In this document: positions 19,044-27,127 of the stretch, one piece after another
Numbering within the stretch: position 1 is the first letter of the stretch
How the letters are laid out: each line of letters starts with the position of its first letter
From: Chitinimonas arctica
Lineage (GTDB): Bacteria; Pseudomonadota; Gammaproteobacteria; Burkholderiales; Chitinimonadaceae
Reading direction: 5' to 3'
DNA: 32,000 nt
NCBI RefSeq assembly: GCF_007431345.1
Contig: NZ_CP041730.1
Span: 1,061,715 to 1,093,714 of the forward strand
Position numbers and translations under genes: made by a program
Notes under the pieces: generated by a model
Told to the model about the DNA's origin: nothing
Seen by the model: the letters and a program-made list of their open reading frames with translations, nothing else
The model's database searches: none

Positions 19044-19805
19044 TTATAAAAATGCCTGTTTCAGGGCATCTGCTTCCGGGTAGGTAATCAGGACGCCTCT
19101 ATGCTTGCCATGGAAAACAAACATTGCGCCGGCAGCCACCGCCGAAGCACCGCCACAGTGGGTTGCTTCTCGAAAGTCTCCGATTTTGCCGGCCCCACCG
19201 GACGCAATAACCGGGATGGGTACTGCACGCGCGATCTGCTTGATCAATTCAAGATCGTAGCCTTCCATCGTTCCGTCACGATCAATCGCAGTCAAAAAAA
19301 TCTCACCGGCTCCCAGCTTGGAAACCGTCAAGGCGAACGCCACAGGATCCAGCCCTGTCGACTTCGTTCCCCTGGCACGATAGACCTCATATTTTCCAAA
19401 TAGCTTTCGTTTGACATCCATCGAAACCACGATTGATTGGGAGCCAAACTCGGCCGCTGCGGCACTGATTAATTCCGGATGCTGAAAGGCTGCCTCGTTC
19501 AAAACGACTTTCTCAATTCCCAATTTCAGTATCTTCCGTATCTGCTCTAAATTTGTTATGCCGCCTCCATATGCAACAGGCATAAAACATTCATTGGCAA
19601 TTTCTTCGATAACCTCGAAGTTCGGCCCTTTCCCTTCCACCGAAGCAAGTACATCCAAAAGAACCAACTCGTCCACTTCCTTGTCATTAAATATCTTTAT
19701 CGCATTGATAGGATCGCCGATATATTGTGGATCCTTAAACCTTGTTGTCTTCACAAGGCCTCTTCCCTTTAATAGCAAGCAAGGAATCACGCGGATACGT
19801 AACAT
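19044..19805 (-). CDS. AglZ/HisF2/WbuZ-like acetamidino-modification protein, module B
   Basis: RVIPCLLLKGRGLVKTTRFKDPQYIGDPINAIKIFNDKEVDELVLLDV. CLLLK replaces canonical CLDVK, while SMDVK keeps the D130 equivalent. Confidence 0.9.
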   Translation of the reverse strand: MLRIRVIPCLLLKGRGLVKTTRFKDPQYIGDPINAIKIFNDKEVDELVLLDVLASVEGKGPNFEVIEEIANECFMPVAYGGGITNLEQIRKILKLGIEKVVLNEAAFQHPELISAAAAEFGSQSIVVSMDVKRKLFGKYEVYRARGTKSTGLDPVAFALTVSKLGAGEIFLTAIDRDGTMEGYDLELIKQIARAVPIPVIASGGAGKIGDFREATHCGGASAVAAGAMFVFHGKHRGVLITYPEADALKQAFL

Positions 19806-19807
19806 AC

Positions 19808-20434
19808 TTAATACTCGCTTACAAAGTTGCTTAGTAATTGCATACCAAACCTGTGGCTCTTTTCCGGATGAAATTGCACTCCCATTATATTCCCCACTTC
19901 GAAGGCGGCATCGAATTCGTGGCCATGTTCCGATTTGAGCAAACTATCACCCGTCGCATGACATTTAACATAGTAGGAATGCACGAAATAGAATCTCGCC
20001 TCCTCATCCGCCGCCTTCATCAATCTTGATTCCTTGCAGGGCTTTACTCTGTTCCAGCCCATATGGGGTACTTTGAGCGTGCTATCCTCGGGGAGGGTGA
20101 AACGTATCGTGTCTGCTTGAACCCAGCCTAATCCCCGCAGCTTCCCTTCTTCGCTACCTTGCGTCATTAAATGCATGCCGAGGCAAATTCCCAGAACGGG
20201 GACTTTCTTTTCCAATACCAATTCATTCAATAGCGAGGACAACCCGGATTGTTCCAAACTCGACATCCCCGCATCAAATGCACCAACGCCTGGTAGTATC
20301 AATTTTCCGGCTTGCCGCAGGCAGGCGGGATCGGCCGATATTTCACTTTCCGCCCCCACCTTCTTCAGCATATTCCGAATGGAGCCAAGATTGCCCATTC
20401 CGTAATCAACAATAGTAATCATTGGCTTACTCAT
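19808..20434 (-). CDS. hisH: HisH-like glutamine amidotransferase subunit, module B
   Basis: MSKPMITIVDYGMGNLGSI start (20434), LGICLGMHLM, GVQFHPEKSH. The ORF track start at 20509 is probably a 25-codon over-extension. Confidence 0.9.
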   Translation of the reverse strand: MSKPMITIVDYGMGNLGSIRNMLKKVGAESEISADPACLRQAGKLILPGVGAFDAGMSSLEQSGLSSLLNELVLEKKVPVLGICLGMHLMTQGSEEGKLRGLGWVQADTIRFTLPEDSTLKVPHMGWNRVKPCKESRLMKAADEEARFYFVHSYYVKCHATGDSLLKSEHGHEFDAAFEVGNIMGVQFHPEKSHRFGMQLLSNFVSEY

Positions 20435-21884
20435 GGTGTTTTCTTGCCCGATCGACGAAATCGAGATAATTGGCGCGCCAATTCGGCGCCCAAATAGCAT
20501 CAGTTTCAATCGAATCCGACGGTTTTTCGCATTCCTGCGACATCATATCCACAAGGGTTTCGATGCAATCGAATCCAAAAAAAGGATGCTTTGGCAATGA
20601 AAACCGCGAAACCGCCGTTTCCCACACGAATATCTTTTCGACAATGCCTACTGCTTCAAAAAGCACAGTCGACAGTTCGGAGACGATTGCATTCACACTG
20701 CTCAAAGAGCGATAGAGGTCGCTATGCGTATCGATTTGCACGCCAGCAACCAACCCGGACGCCATTCTCATGTTGATGGCCGCACGCTCCAGTGGGTGGG
20801 GACGAAAACTGATCGTCCATACATCGCTAAGTTTTTCGGTCAACTCTCTAGCCAAAGCCAGATATTTTTCAGTCTGCACGCCATCGCCGATAACCAAAAG
20901 CGCTTTGGCTCCTTTTTTTTCCACAGGTTGGTTGACTGCCAGTCGTTCGCTACGGTATGGATTTCCAATTACCAGCTTGGTCACCGGGAGATTAATTTGA
21001 TCATTCCACCAACTTCCGTAGGCAAGAAAATAGTTCGGTAGTGTCCGACGCAACAAAGTACTGTTCCGAAGCGTTTCCGCATAATTATATGCATCATGCC
21101 CGGCAGAAATAAATCCATGCTGATATTCCGCGGTCACCATACCCAAGCTGTGCGCAGCGGCATTCACCACCGCAGACTGGCCATAGCAGCCTTCTTCTTT
21201 TAAAAGTAGCTTAGCCCCACACTTTTTGAGCATCTTCATATAGGAGGCATGTAAGTTCGGCAAGGCCGCAATTTTTGTGGCCAGGATATTTTCCAGCAGA
21301 CTGGCTTGACTATCTTCAAGATCAAAATCAATGAATTGTTTGGATCTTTGCCGTGCCAGATCAATAAGCTCGGCAGCAATTTTCCGATGTCGGCTTCGAA
21401 CCAGAAGATGCCCTAAAACAATGCCCTTGGCTTGCAAAGGTGCTTGCCAAAGTACGTTTTTAAACTCGCGCGGATATTTCCACTCCCAACCAAACTGCCC
21501 TTCAATCACAACCGTTTGCTCCGGCAAGGCCATCGCAAAATGATCACTCAGACGATTGAACCACCGGCCTTGCTGCCTGGCGGAACCTACCGCCGTCGCC
21601 ATGATGCAGATATCGCCCTTTGTCGATTCAGACTTGCGCAGATTATGCATAGCCGAGCGAGCCAAGGTGCTGAAAGCGCCGGCTTTCAATCCCTGTATAT
21701 TGCTCGAACGATACAAGGGGTATCGATAAAGTTGGGACGACATGATCGTACGGATAAACATCAGCCTAATAATTGGCCATAGCAATATATCCGTCTCCCG
21801 GCATTGAAAACTCAAATACTCCGGAGTGTCTTCAATCTGCAGAATGCTTTGCAGTGTAAGGTCTTGCCCTGGTTTCATTTTCAT
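20427..21884 (-). CDS. Putative GT-B-like surface carbohydrate biosynthesis protein; candidate nonulosonic acid transferase
   Basis: Soluble protein of about 485 aa. C-terminal half has a Rossmann-like segment ALLVIGDGVQT, an HP-type motif SFRPHPLE and VSELSTVLFEAV. Likely start at 21884 overlaps the upstream flippase stop. Confidence 0.5.
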   Translation of the reverse strand: MKMKPGQDLTLQSILQIEDTPEYLSFQCRETDILLWPIIRLMFIRTIMSSQLYRYPLYRSSNIQGLKAGAFSTLARSAMHNLRKSESTKGDICIMATAVGSARQQGRWFNRLSDHFAMALPEQTVVIEGQFGWEWKYPREFKNVLWQAPLQAKGIVLGHLLVRSRHRKIAAELIDLARQRSKQFIDFDLEDSQASLLENILATKIAALPNLHASYMKMLKKCGAKLLLKEEGCYGQSAVVNAAAHSLGMVTAEYQHGFISAGHDAYNYAETLRNSTLLRRTLPNYFLAYGSWWNDQINLPVTKLVIGNPYRSERLAVNQPVEKKGAKALLVIGDGVQTEKYLALARELTEKLSDVWTISFRPHPLERAAINMRMASGLVAGVQIDTHSDLYRSLSSVNAIVSELSTVLFEAVGIVEKIFVWETAVSRFSLPKHPFFGFDCIETLVDMMSQECEKPSDSIETDAIWAPNWRANYLDFVDRARKHHE

Positions 21885-23146
21885 GCCGCCCTCGCCGCTT
21901 CCATCCATGGCATTCCGCGCGACCGCTGCGCCAACCACCAGGTACAGATAAATATCGCAAGCTGCGAGAGCATAAAGGCTTGTGCTGCTCCGACTATCCC
22001 ATTCACCTTCAAGAGATAAAAGTTCGCCATAATGTTAAACATACCGGCCGCACACGTAATAATCGCCAATCCTGCGGTTTTTCCCGCGAAAAAAACATAA
22101 TTCGTCACCATCAGATACATACCGCTGAACGCGAAGCCCAGCGTGATGTAAACCACCGAACTCGCCGCGGATTGGTATTCCGCGCCGACCAGCCAACTTA
22201 ATAATATGGGTGCAATCGCACCAATCAATAATGCAGCAACTACTACAATAATAAAGTACAGATAGGTAAATCGAACTATTTGGCGGTCTCTTTCCGCATC
22301 CTGGCTTTTCAGCGATTCCAATAGCCATGGGGCGAATGCACGATTGAAAGAGTCAATCAACAATCCCAGCACCATGCCAACCTGCATGGCAACCATGTAG
22401 ATCCCCGCGCTTGCCACACCGAGCATATTGCTGATCATCACCCGATCAACCATCACAATCAGCATTCCGCCTATTACATGCGGAATCAAGGGCACACCAA
22501 ATCGCATTGCATCCAGGGCATAGGTTCTATTGTATGGAAACTTTATCCAAGCTCCGTGCCTAAGACAAAATAAAGCAACCAACATCAGTAGCACACTTGC
22601 CATCGAAATACCGATCAACCTTCCCTCCCAGGTCAATCCCAACGCAAATATAAGCACGAGAGAAAATGCAGCATCCATTGCCGTCTGGGCAAACTTCATC
22701 GCACCATAGCGTATTGGTTTACGTGCCGCTTGCCATAGCGCCAGCTGTGTCTGTACTACAAACTGCGCGCCAGACACCAATACGGCAATTAATATCCACA
22801 GTCTCGGGATTTTCGCGAAATCCTCCAAGATCGGCATTAAAACCATGACCGCTATCAGTACCACCGTGGTACTGATCAACAATATCACCAAACAGCTGGC
22901 GACATAGGTTGGCAGGTTGAAATTTTCCTGCTCAAAATAGCGCACCCCTATCGCCCCATGAACGCTTAAACCTGTAAAGGCCCCCAATGCCGTTACCGTC
23001 AGCGTAAACATGGTGACGATCCCATACTCTTCCGGTGTCAGCACGCGCGTGAGTATGGGTAGTAATAGAAAAGGAAGTCCGGCACTCAGCGCGTTCGCCA
23101 GTGCATAGATCAACGCAGAACCGAATAGTCCTTTTCTGCCCGTCAT
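21881..23146 (-). CDS. wzx: Polysaccharide flippase, Wzx/MOP family
   Basis: 421 aa, about 12 TM, with SALIYALANALSAGLPFLLLPILTRVLTPEEYG typical of Wzx/RfbX proteins. Confidence 0.88.
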   Translation of the reverse strand: MTGRKGLFGSALIYALANALSAGLPFLLLPILTRVLTPEEYGIVTMFTLTVTALGAFTGLSVHGAIGVRYFEQENFNLPTYVASCLVILLISTTVVLIAVMVLMPILEDFAKIPRLWILIAVLVSGAQFVVQTQLALWQAARKPIRYGAMKFAQTAMDAAFSLVLIFALGLTWEGRLIGISMASVLLMLVALFCLRHGAWIKFPYNRTYALDAMRFGVPLIPHVIGGMLIVMVDRVMISNMLGVASAGIYMVAMQVGMVLGLLIDSFNRAFAPWLLESLKSQDAERDRQIVRFTYLYFIIVVVAALLIGAIAPILLSWLVGAEYQSAASSVVYITLGFAFSGMYLMVTNYVFFAGKTAGLAIITCAAGMFNIMANFYLLKVNGIVGAAQAFMLSQLAIFICTWWLAQRSRGMPWMEAARAA

Positions 23147-24243
23147 TGACTAAAAAACTCGCGCACTAGATTCACGACATGCGCCGCATCCTTCATTTCC
23201 ATATGCTCACCTATCGGTAAGCTAAGCAATGTCGAATCGGTCCGATTATAAAAGGCTTGCTGATCAACCTCACCCAGATAAGCGTAAGCTAGCAATTTTG
23301 GCAGTGCGATGGGATAGTGCACACCACTCTCCACCCCATGGGCACCGAGATAGTCCTTCAGCTCGTCGCGACGCGTACTGCGTATTACAAATAGATGGTA
23401 TACCTGGCGCGCCCACGCTTTCCGGACGGGTAGGATCAAATTATCGATACCAGCCAAATAGCGAAGATAGTAATCCGCGATCTCGATGCGACGTGCCGTC
23501 CATTCCTCCAGATGAGGGAGCTTGGCACTCAGGATGGCGGCCTGCATACCGTCCAATCGTGAATTACGCCCTTCGAACTGATGGTCATACTTCGAAATAC
23601 GTCCATGGTTGGCAATCATGCGGACTCGTGTCGCCAACGCATCATCTTCGGTAGTGATCGCGCCGGCGTCCCCATACGCACCCAAATTCTTGCCCGGGTA
23701 GAAACTGAAGGTAGCGAGATTGCCCAGCGAGCCGACACGCCGCCCTTTGTATTCCGCGCCATGTGCTTGGGCACAATCCTCGATGAGGATCATGTCATGC
23801 TCTTTACACACTTCCGCAAGTGCATCCAGGTCGCAAGGATGCCCATACAGATGAACCGCGATTATCGCCTTGGTACGTTCGGTCAGCTTGCTGCGCACCC
23901 CTTCGGCGTTTAGCGTGTAACTGTCTTCATCTACATCCGCGAAAACGACTTTATGCCCGCAACGGGTAATCGCTTCCGCACTCGCTATAAAACTGTTCCC
24001 AGGAACGATGATTTCCGATCCCGCAGGCAAGCCCGCTGCTTCTATGGCGATTTCGAGCGCATCCGTACCATTGGCAACGCCTATGCAATGCTTCGCCTGG
24101 GTAAATTCCGCGAATTGCTGCTCGAATTCCTTTACATACTTTCCGCCGATAAAAGCGGAGTCCCGGATCACGTTGGCAATTGCAGCATCGATTTCCGGTT
24201 TGATCGATTCGTACTGGGCAGCCAGATCAAGAAATTTAATCAT
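23143..24243 (-). CDS. DegT/DnrJ/EryC1/StrS aminotransferase, WbpE-like
   Basis: IKFLDLAAQYESIKPEIDAAI, GVANGTDALEIAI, EDCAQAHGAEYKG, and FSFYPGKNLGAYGDAGAI PLP-lysine motif. Confidence 0.9.
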   Translation of the reverse strand: MIKFLDLAAQYESIKPEIDAAIANVIRDSAFIGGKYVKEFEQQFAEFTQAKHCIGVANGTDALEIAIEAAGLPAGSEIIVPGNSFIASAEAITRCGHKVVFADVDEDSYTLNAEGVRSKLTERTKAIIAVHLYGHPCDLDALAEVCKEHDMILIEDCAQAHGAEYKGRRVGSLGNLATFSFYPGKNLGAYGDAGAITTEDDALATRVRMIANHGRISKYDHQFEGRNSRLDGMQAAILSAKLPHLEEWTARRIEIADYYLRYLAGIDNLILPVRKAWARQVYHLFVIRSTRRDELKDYLGAHGVESGVHYPIALPKLLAYAYLGEVDQQAFYNRTDSTLLSLPIGEHMEMKDAAHVVNLVREFFSQ

Positions 24244-24707
24244 GCCAGGTTCCTGATTTTACGAGCCGGGTTTCCCGCATAGACGCCAGGCTCATTGATA
24301 TCACGCGTTACCACGGCTCCCGCCCCGATGACCACACCATCGCAAATCTTTACAGGAAGAATCGTGGCATTGCTACCGATGGATACATAGTTCCCGACAT
24401 GCGTGGGTCGCCAGCATGTCTTGTCACCACGGGCCGGCCCGCCCTTGATGAATGGGTCGTTAATGAACATGACGCCGTGGCCTATAAAGCAATCCGTGCC
24501 TACCGTTACCAGTTCGCAGATAAATGCATGAGACTGCACACGTGTACGCGCACCAATACCGACACCTTTTTGTATTTCTACAAAAGGGCCGACAAATACG
24601 TTGTCCGCCAATGTACAGCCATACAGATTCGCCGGTTCAACCACCGTCACGTCTTCACCAAACTGCACATTGGTGATGGCAACCTGCCTGATATTCGGGC
24701 TGCTCAT
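24240..24707 (-). CDS. Hexapeptide-repeat N-acetyltransferase, WbpD-like
   Basis: LbH repeats (VFVGPFVEIQKGVGIG, HAFICELVTVGTDCFIGHGVMFIND, VVIGAGAVVTRDINEPGVYAGNPARKI). Start MSSPNIR at 24707 overlaps the preceding stop. Confidence 0.85.
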   Translation of the reverse strand: MSSPNIRQVAITNVQFGEDVTVVEPANLYGCTLADNVFVGPFVEIQKGVGIGARTRVQSHAFICELVTVGTDCFIGHGVMFINDPFIKGGPARGDKTCWRPTHVGNYVSIGSNATILPVKICDGVVIGAGAVVTRDINEPGVYAGNPARKIRNLA

Positions 24708-25765
24708 CAATGCCCACCCAAGCGACAAAGTTTCGGGCGAAACCTGAGCGCCACCTCTTTGCCGGTCTCGATGGACTCATAGATTGCACTGATCAACTCA
24801 AGACTGCGGCGGCCGACCAAACCATCGACTAGGTGCTGCCTTTTATTGGCAATACAATCAACAACATGCTCGTAGTAGGCTTGGTGGCCAAAACCGTAAA
24901 CATTCGGCGGATTGACCGAATATTTTTCCATCACTTCTTCATCACCCTGCACGGGTTCGACGAAATTCCAGACTTTCATCTTATTAACGGCAAACCCACC
25001 GATTTCGACAGATCCATGCTCGCCCATGATGGAAAGCGAACCTTCCAGGTCCTTGGGACGCACCGCGGTGGTCGCCTCAATGATGCCCAGCGCGCCATTC
25101 TTGAATCGCAGCGTCACAACCGCGGTATCTTCCGCCTCGATATTGGCGAGTGCCTTGGTGCTCATGGCAAAGACGCTATCCACGTCCCCAAGCATCCACT
25201 CCAGCAAGTCGACATGATGGCTCGCCTGGTTGGTCAATACGCCGCCATCCAGGGCCCAGGTACCTCGCCACGGGTCCTGATCGTAGTAGGATTGCGGGCG
25301 ACACCACCGCACTCGAACAGTACCCATGACAAGCTTACCGAAGCGTCCCGCTTCCAGGGCTTCGCGGGTTTTGACGACCGGTACATTGAAGCGGTTTTGC
25401 TTGACGACGAAGAGTTTGACGCCCGCTCTGTCGCAGGCGCGAATCATTGCGTCCGCATCGTCCAATGTCAGCGCCATCGGCTTTTCGACGACGATATGCT
25501 TACCATACTGTGCTAAAGCCACTACATGCTCGGCATGTCTGCCACTTTCCGTCAGGACCACGACAACGTCGATTTTTTCCTGGCGCATCATTTCATGCAT
25601 ATCCAGATAATGCGGAACAGAAAATTCAACACCGATCTTTCGTGCTTTCGATTCAACGATATCGCAAACAGCCGCCAGACGCGCATTGGGAATCTGCTCA
25701 TAACCCAATAGTTCCGAGTGGCGCTTGGCAATCCGGCCACAACCTACCAGTGCAAAATTCAACAT
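24707..25765 (-). CDS. Gfo/Idh/MocA-family NAD-dependent oxidoreductase, possibly WbpB-like
   Basis: FALVGCGRIAKRHSELL nucleotide-binding motif, GKHIVVEKPMALT, and GGVLTNQASHHVDLLEWMLG. Immediately precedes the acetyltransferase and aminotransferase genes. Confidence 0.82.
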   Translation of the reverse strand: MLNFALVGCGRIAKRHSELLGYEQIPNARLAAVCDIVESKARKIGVEFSVPHYLDMHEMMRQEKIDVVVVLTESGRHAEHVVALAQYGKHIVVEKPMALTLDDADAMIRACDRAGVKLFVVKQNRFNVPVVKTREALEAGRFGKLVMGTVRVRWCRPQSYYDQDPWRGTWALDGGVLTNQASHHVDLLEWMLGDVDSVFAMSTKALANIEAEDTAVVTLRFKNGALGIIEATTAVRPKDLEGSLSIMGEHGSVEIGGFAVNKMKVWNFVEPVQGDEEVMEKYSVNPPNVYGFGHQAYYEHVVDCIANKRQHLVDGLVGRRSLELISAIYESIETGKEVALRFRPKLCRLGGH

Positions 25766-25912
25766 GTACGAAGCCTTTCCTTGGCGAGACAGACCGTCTT
25801 AAAATTCGGACACACCTGGCAATCATAGTCACGGCTGACCGATAAAAAAAAGCGCTCGCATTTTTATTTATCGATCCAATACAAAAGCATTTGCAAATCG
25901 AGCGTGTTCCGT

Positions 25913-27127
25913 TCAACGGCTCCAAAGATGCTGGCGCAATACCATCCACCGCGCGGCATCGGACTCATTCTTTTTCGATTTTTCTACCCAATCTCGAACA
26001 AAAACAAACACCACACCCAACAACGCGCCGATCGCTAGCGCAAACATGCAAATCAACGCCCTTTTTGGCGAGCTTTTTCTTTCAGGCTCCAGGGCCTTAT
26101 CCAATACCTGAATCAAGGCGGCGTTCTTTCCTTCTTCCACCTTGGCAATTTCAAATTGCTTCGCCAACACTTCGAATATGGTTTCTCTATACTTTACTTC
26201 CCGCAACATACGAACAAACTCCAGACCCGCGCGGGGAATTTTTTTCGTGGCGATGAATACCTCATCGGTACTCTCCGGCGTCTGTAGTTTTTCCAACTGC
26301 TTCTTTAACCCTTCCAGCTCGCTGGTGGCAAACTGCACATCGGGATTCTTCTCCGTGGCAAAAGTGGCCATCGTCTGGATCTGAAGTTCCTTTGCGGAAA
26401 TTTGCCCGCGTAAATTGGCAATCGTTTCGATACTTGCCCGGCTTTGGTCATCCAGTCGTATCAGGCCGGTTCTCTCCTGCAGATCCCGCATCTGCACTTC
26501 TGCCTTCGCCAGCTGATCTTTTGCCAGACCCATTTGGCGCTCAAAGAAAACCCGCTTTTGGGAAGCTTCCGTCACCGCGATACGCTGGGTAAGCTTATAT
26601 AGCTCATCGATATAGCCATTTGCCAACGCGGCCGCGAACTTGGGATCCCTATCCTCGACATCGATGGTAATCAAACCGTCTTTCCCCGTGCCTATGGTTG
26701 TGCGGGTCTTCAGGACCGCACGTGCTTCAACCCATTTTTTCTTCTCGTACCTTTTGATCAGATCAAATCGCCGAATCATTTCATCGGCAACCGTTCTGCT
26801 TCTCAGCATCCCCACGTATAAATCGTTTGGATTCTTGATGCCGGCAATGCCGCCTGCGGCGCCTCCCAGCAAGCCGCCCAGCTGAGCAGCCATGGCTGCA
26901 GCACCGCTTTGTCCCTGCTGGGGCGGAAGGATCTTCGTCGTCGCCATATAGCTATTTGGAATCAGCAGCGAAACAAGGGTCGCGAGCAAGCCCACGGATA
27001 GCGAAAGGCCCACGATCAATCGCTTGTTTCTGGCAAGCAATATCAACGCATCCAGGATACCCAACGGCGCAGATGCCTTGGATTGGCCTTCTTCAAAATT
27101 CCCCACCATGACCGATTCCGTCATCAC
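25913..27127 (-). CDS. wzz: Wzz/PCP-family polysaccharide chain-length determinant / co-polymerase
   Basis: Two terminal TM segments (LIVGLSLSVGLLATLVSLLI; LICMFALAIGALLGVVFVFV), coiled-coil centre, and SSPKRA next to the C-terminal TM. Confidence 0.85.
   Translation of the reverse strand: MMTESVMVGNFEEGQSKASAPLGILDALILLARNKRLIVGLSLSVGLLATLVSLLIPNSYMATTKILPPQQGQSGAAAMAAQLGGLLGGAAGGIAGIKNPNDLYVGMLRSRTVADEMIRRFDLIKRYEKKKWVEARAVLKTRTTIGTGKDGLITIDVEDRDPKFAAALANGYIDELYKLTQRIAVTEASQKRVFFERQMGLAKDQLAKAEVQMRDLQERTGLIRLDDQSRASIETIANLRGQISAKELQIQTMATFATEKNPDVQFATSELEGLKKQLEKLQTPESTDEVFIATKKIPRAGLEFVRMLREVKYRETIFEVLAKQFEIAKVEEGKNAALIQVLDKALEPERKSSPKRALICMFALAIGALLGVVFVFVRDWVEKSKKNESDAARWMVLRQHLWSR

Noticed and set aside
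24833-25516. 227-aa plus-strand ORF antisense to the Gfo/Idh/MocA gene
   Set aside because: Overlaps a well-supported oxidoreductase; composition looks like a reverse-frame artefact.
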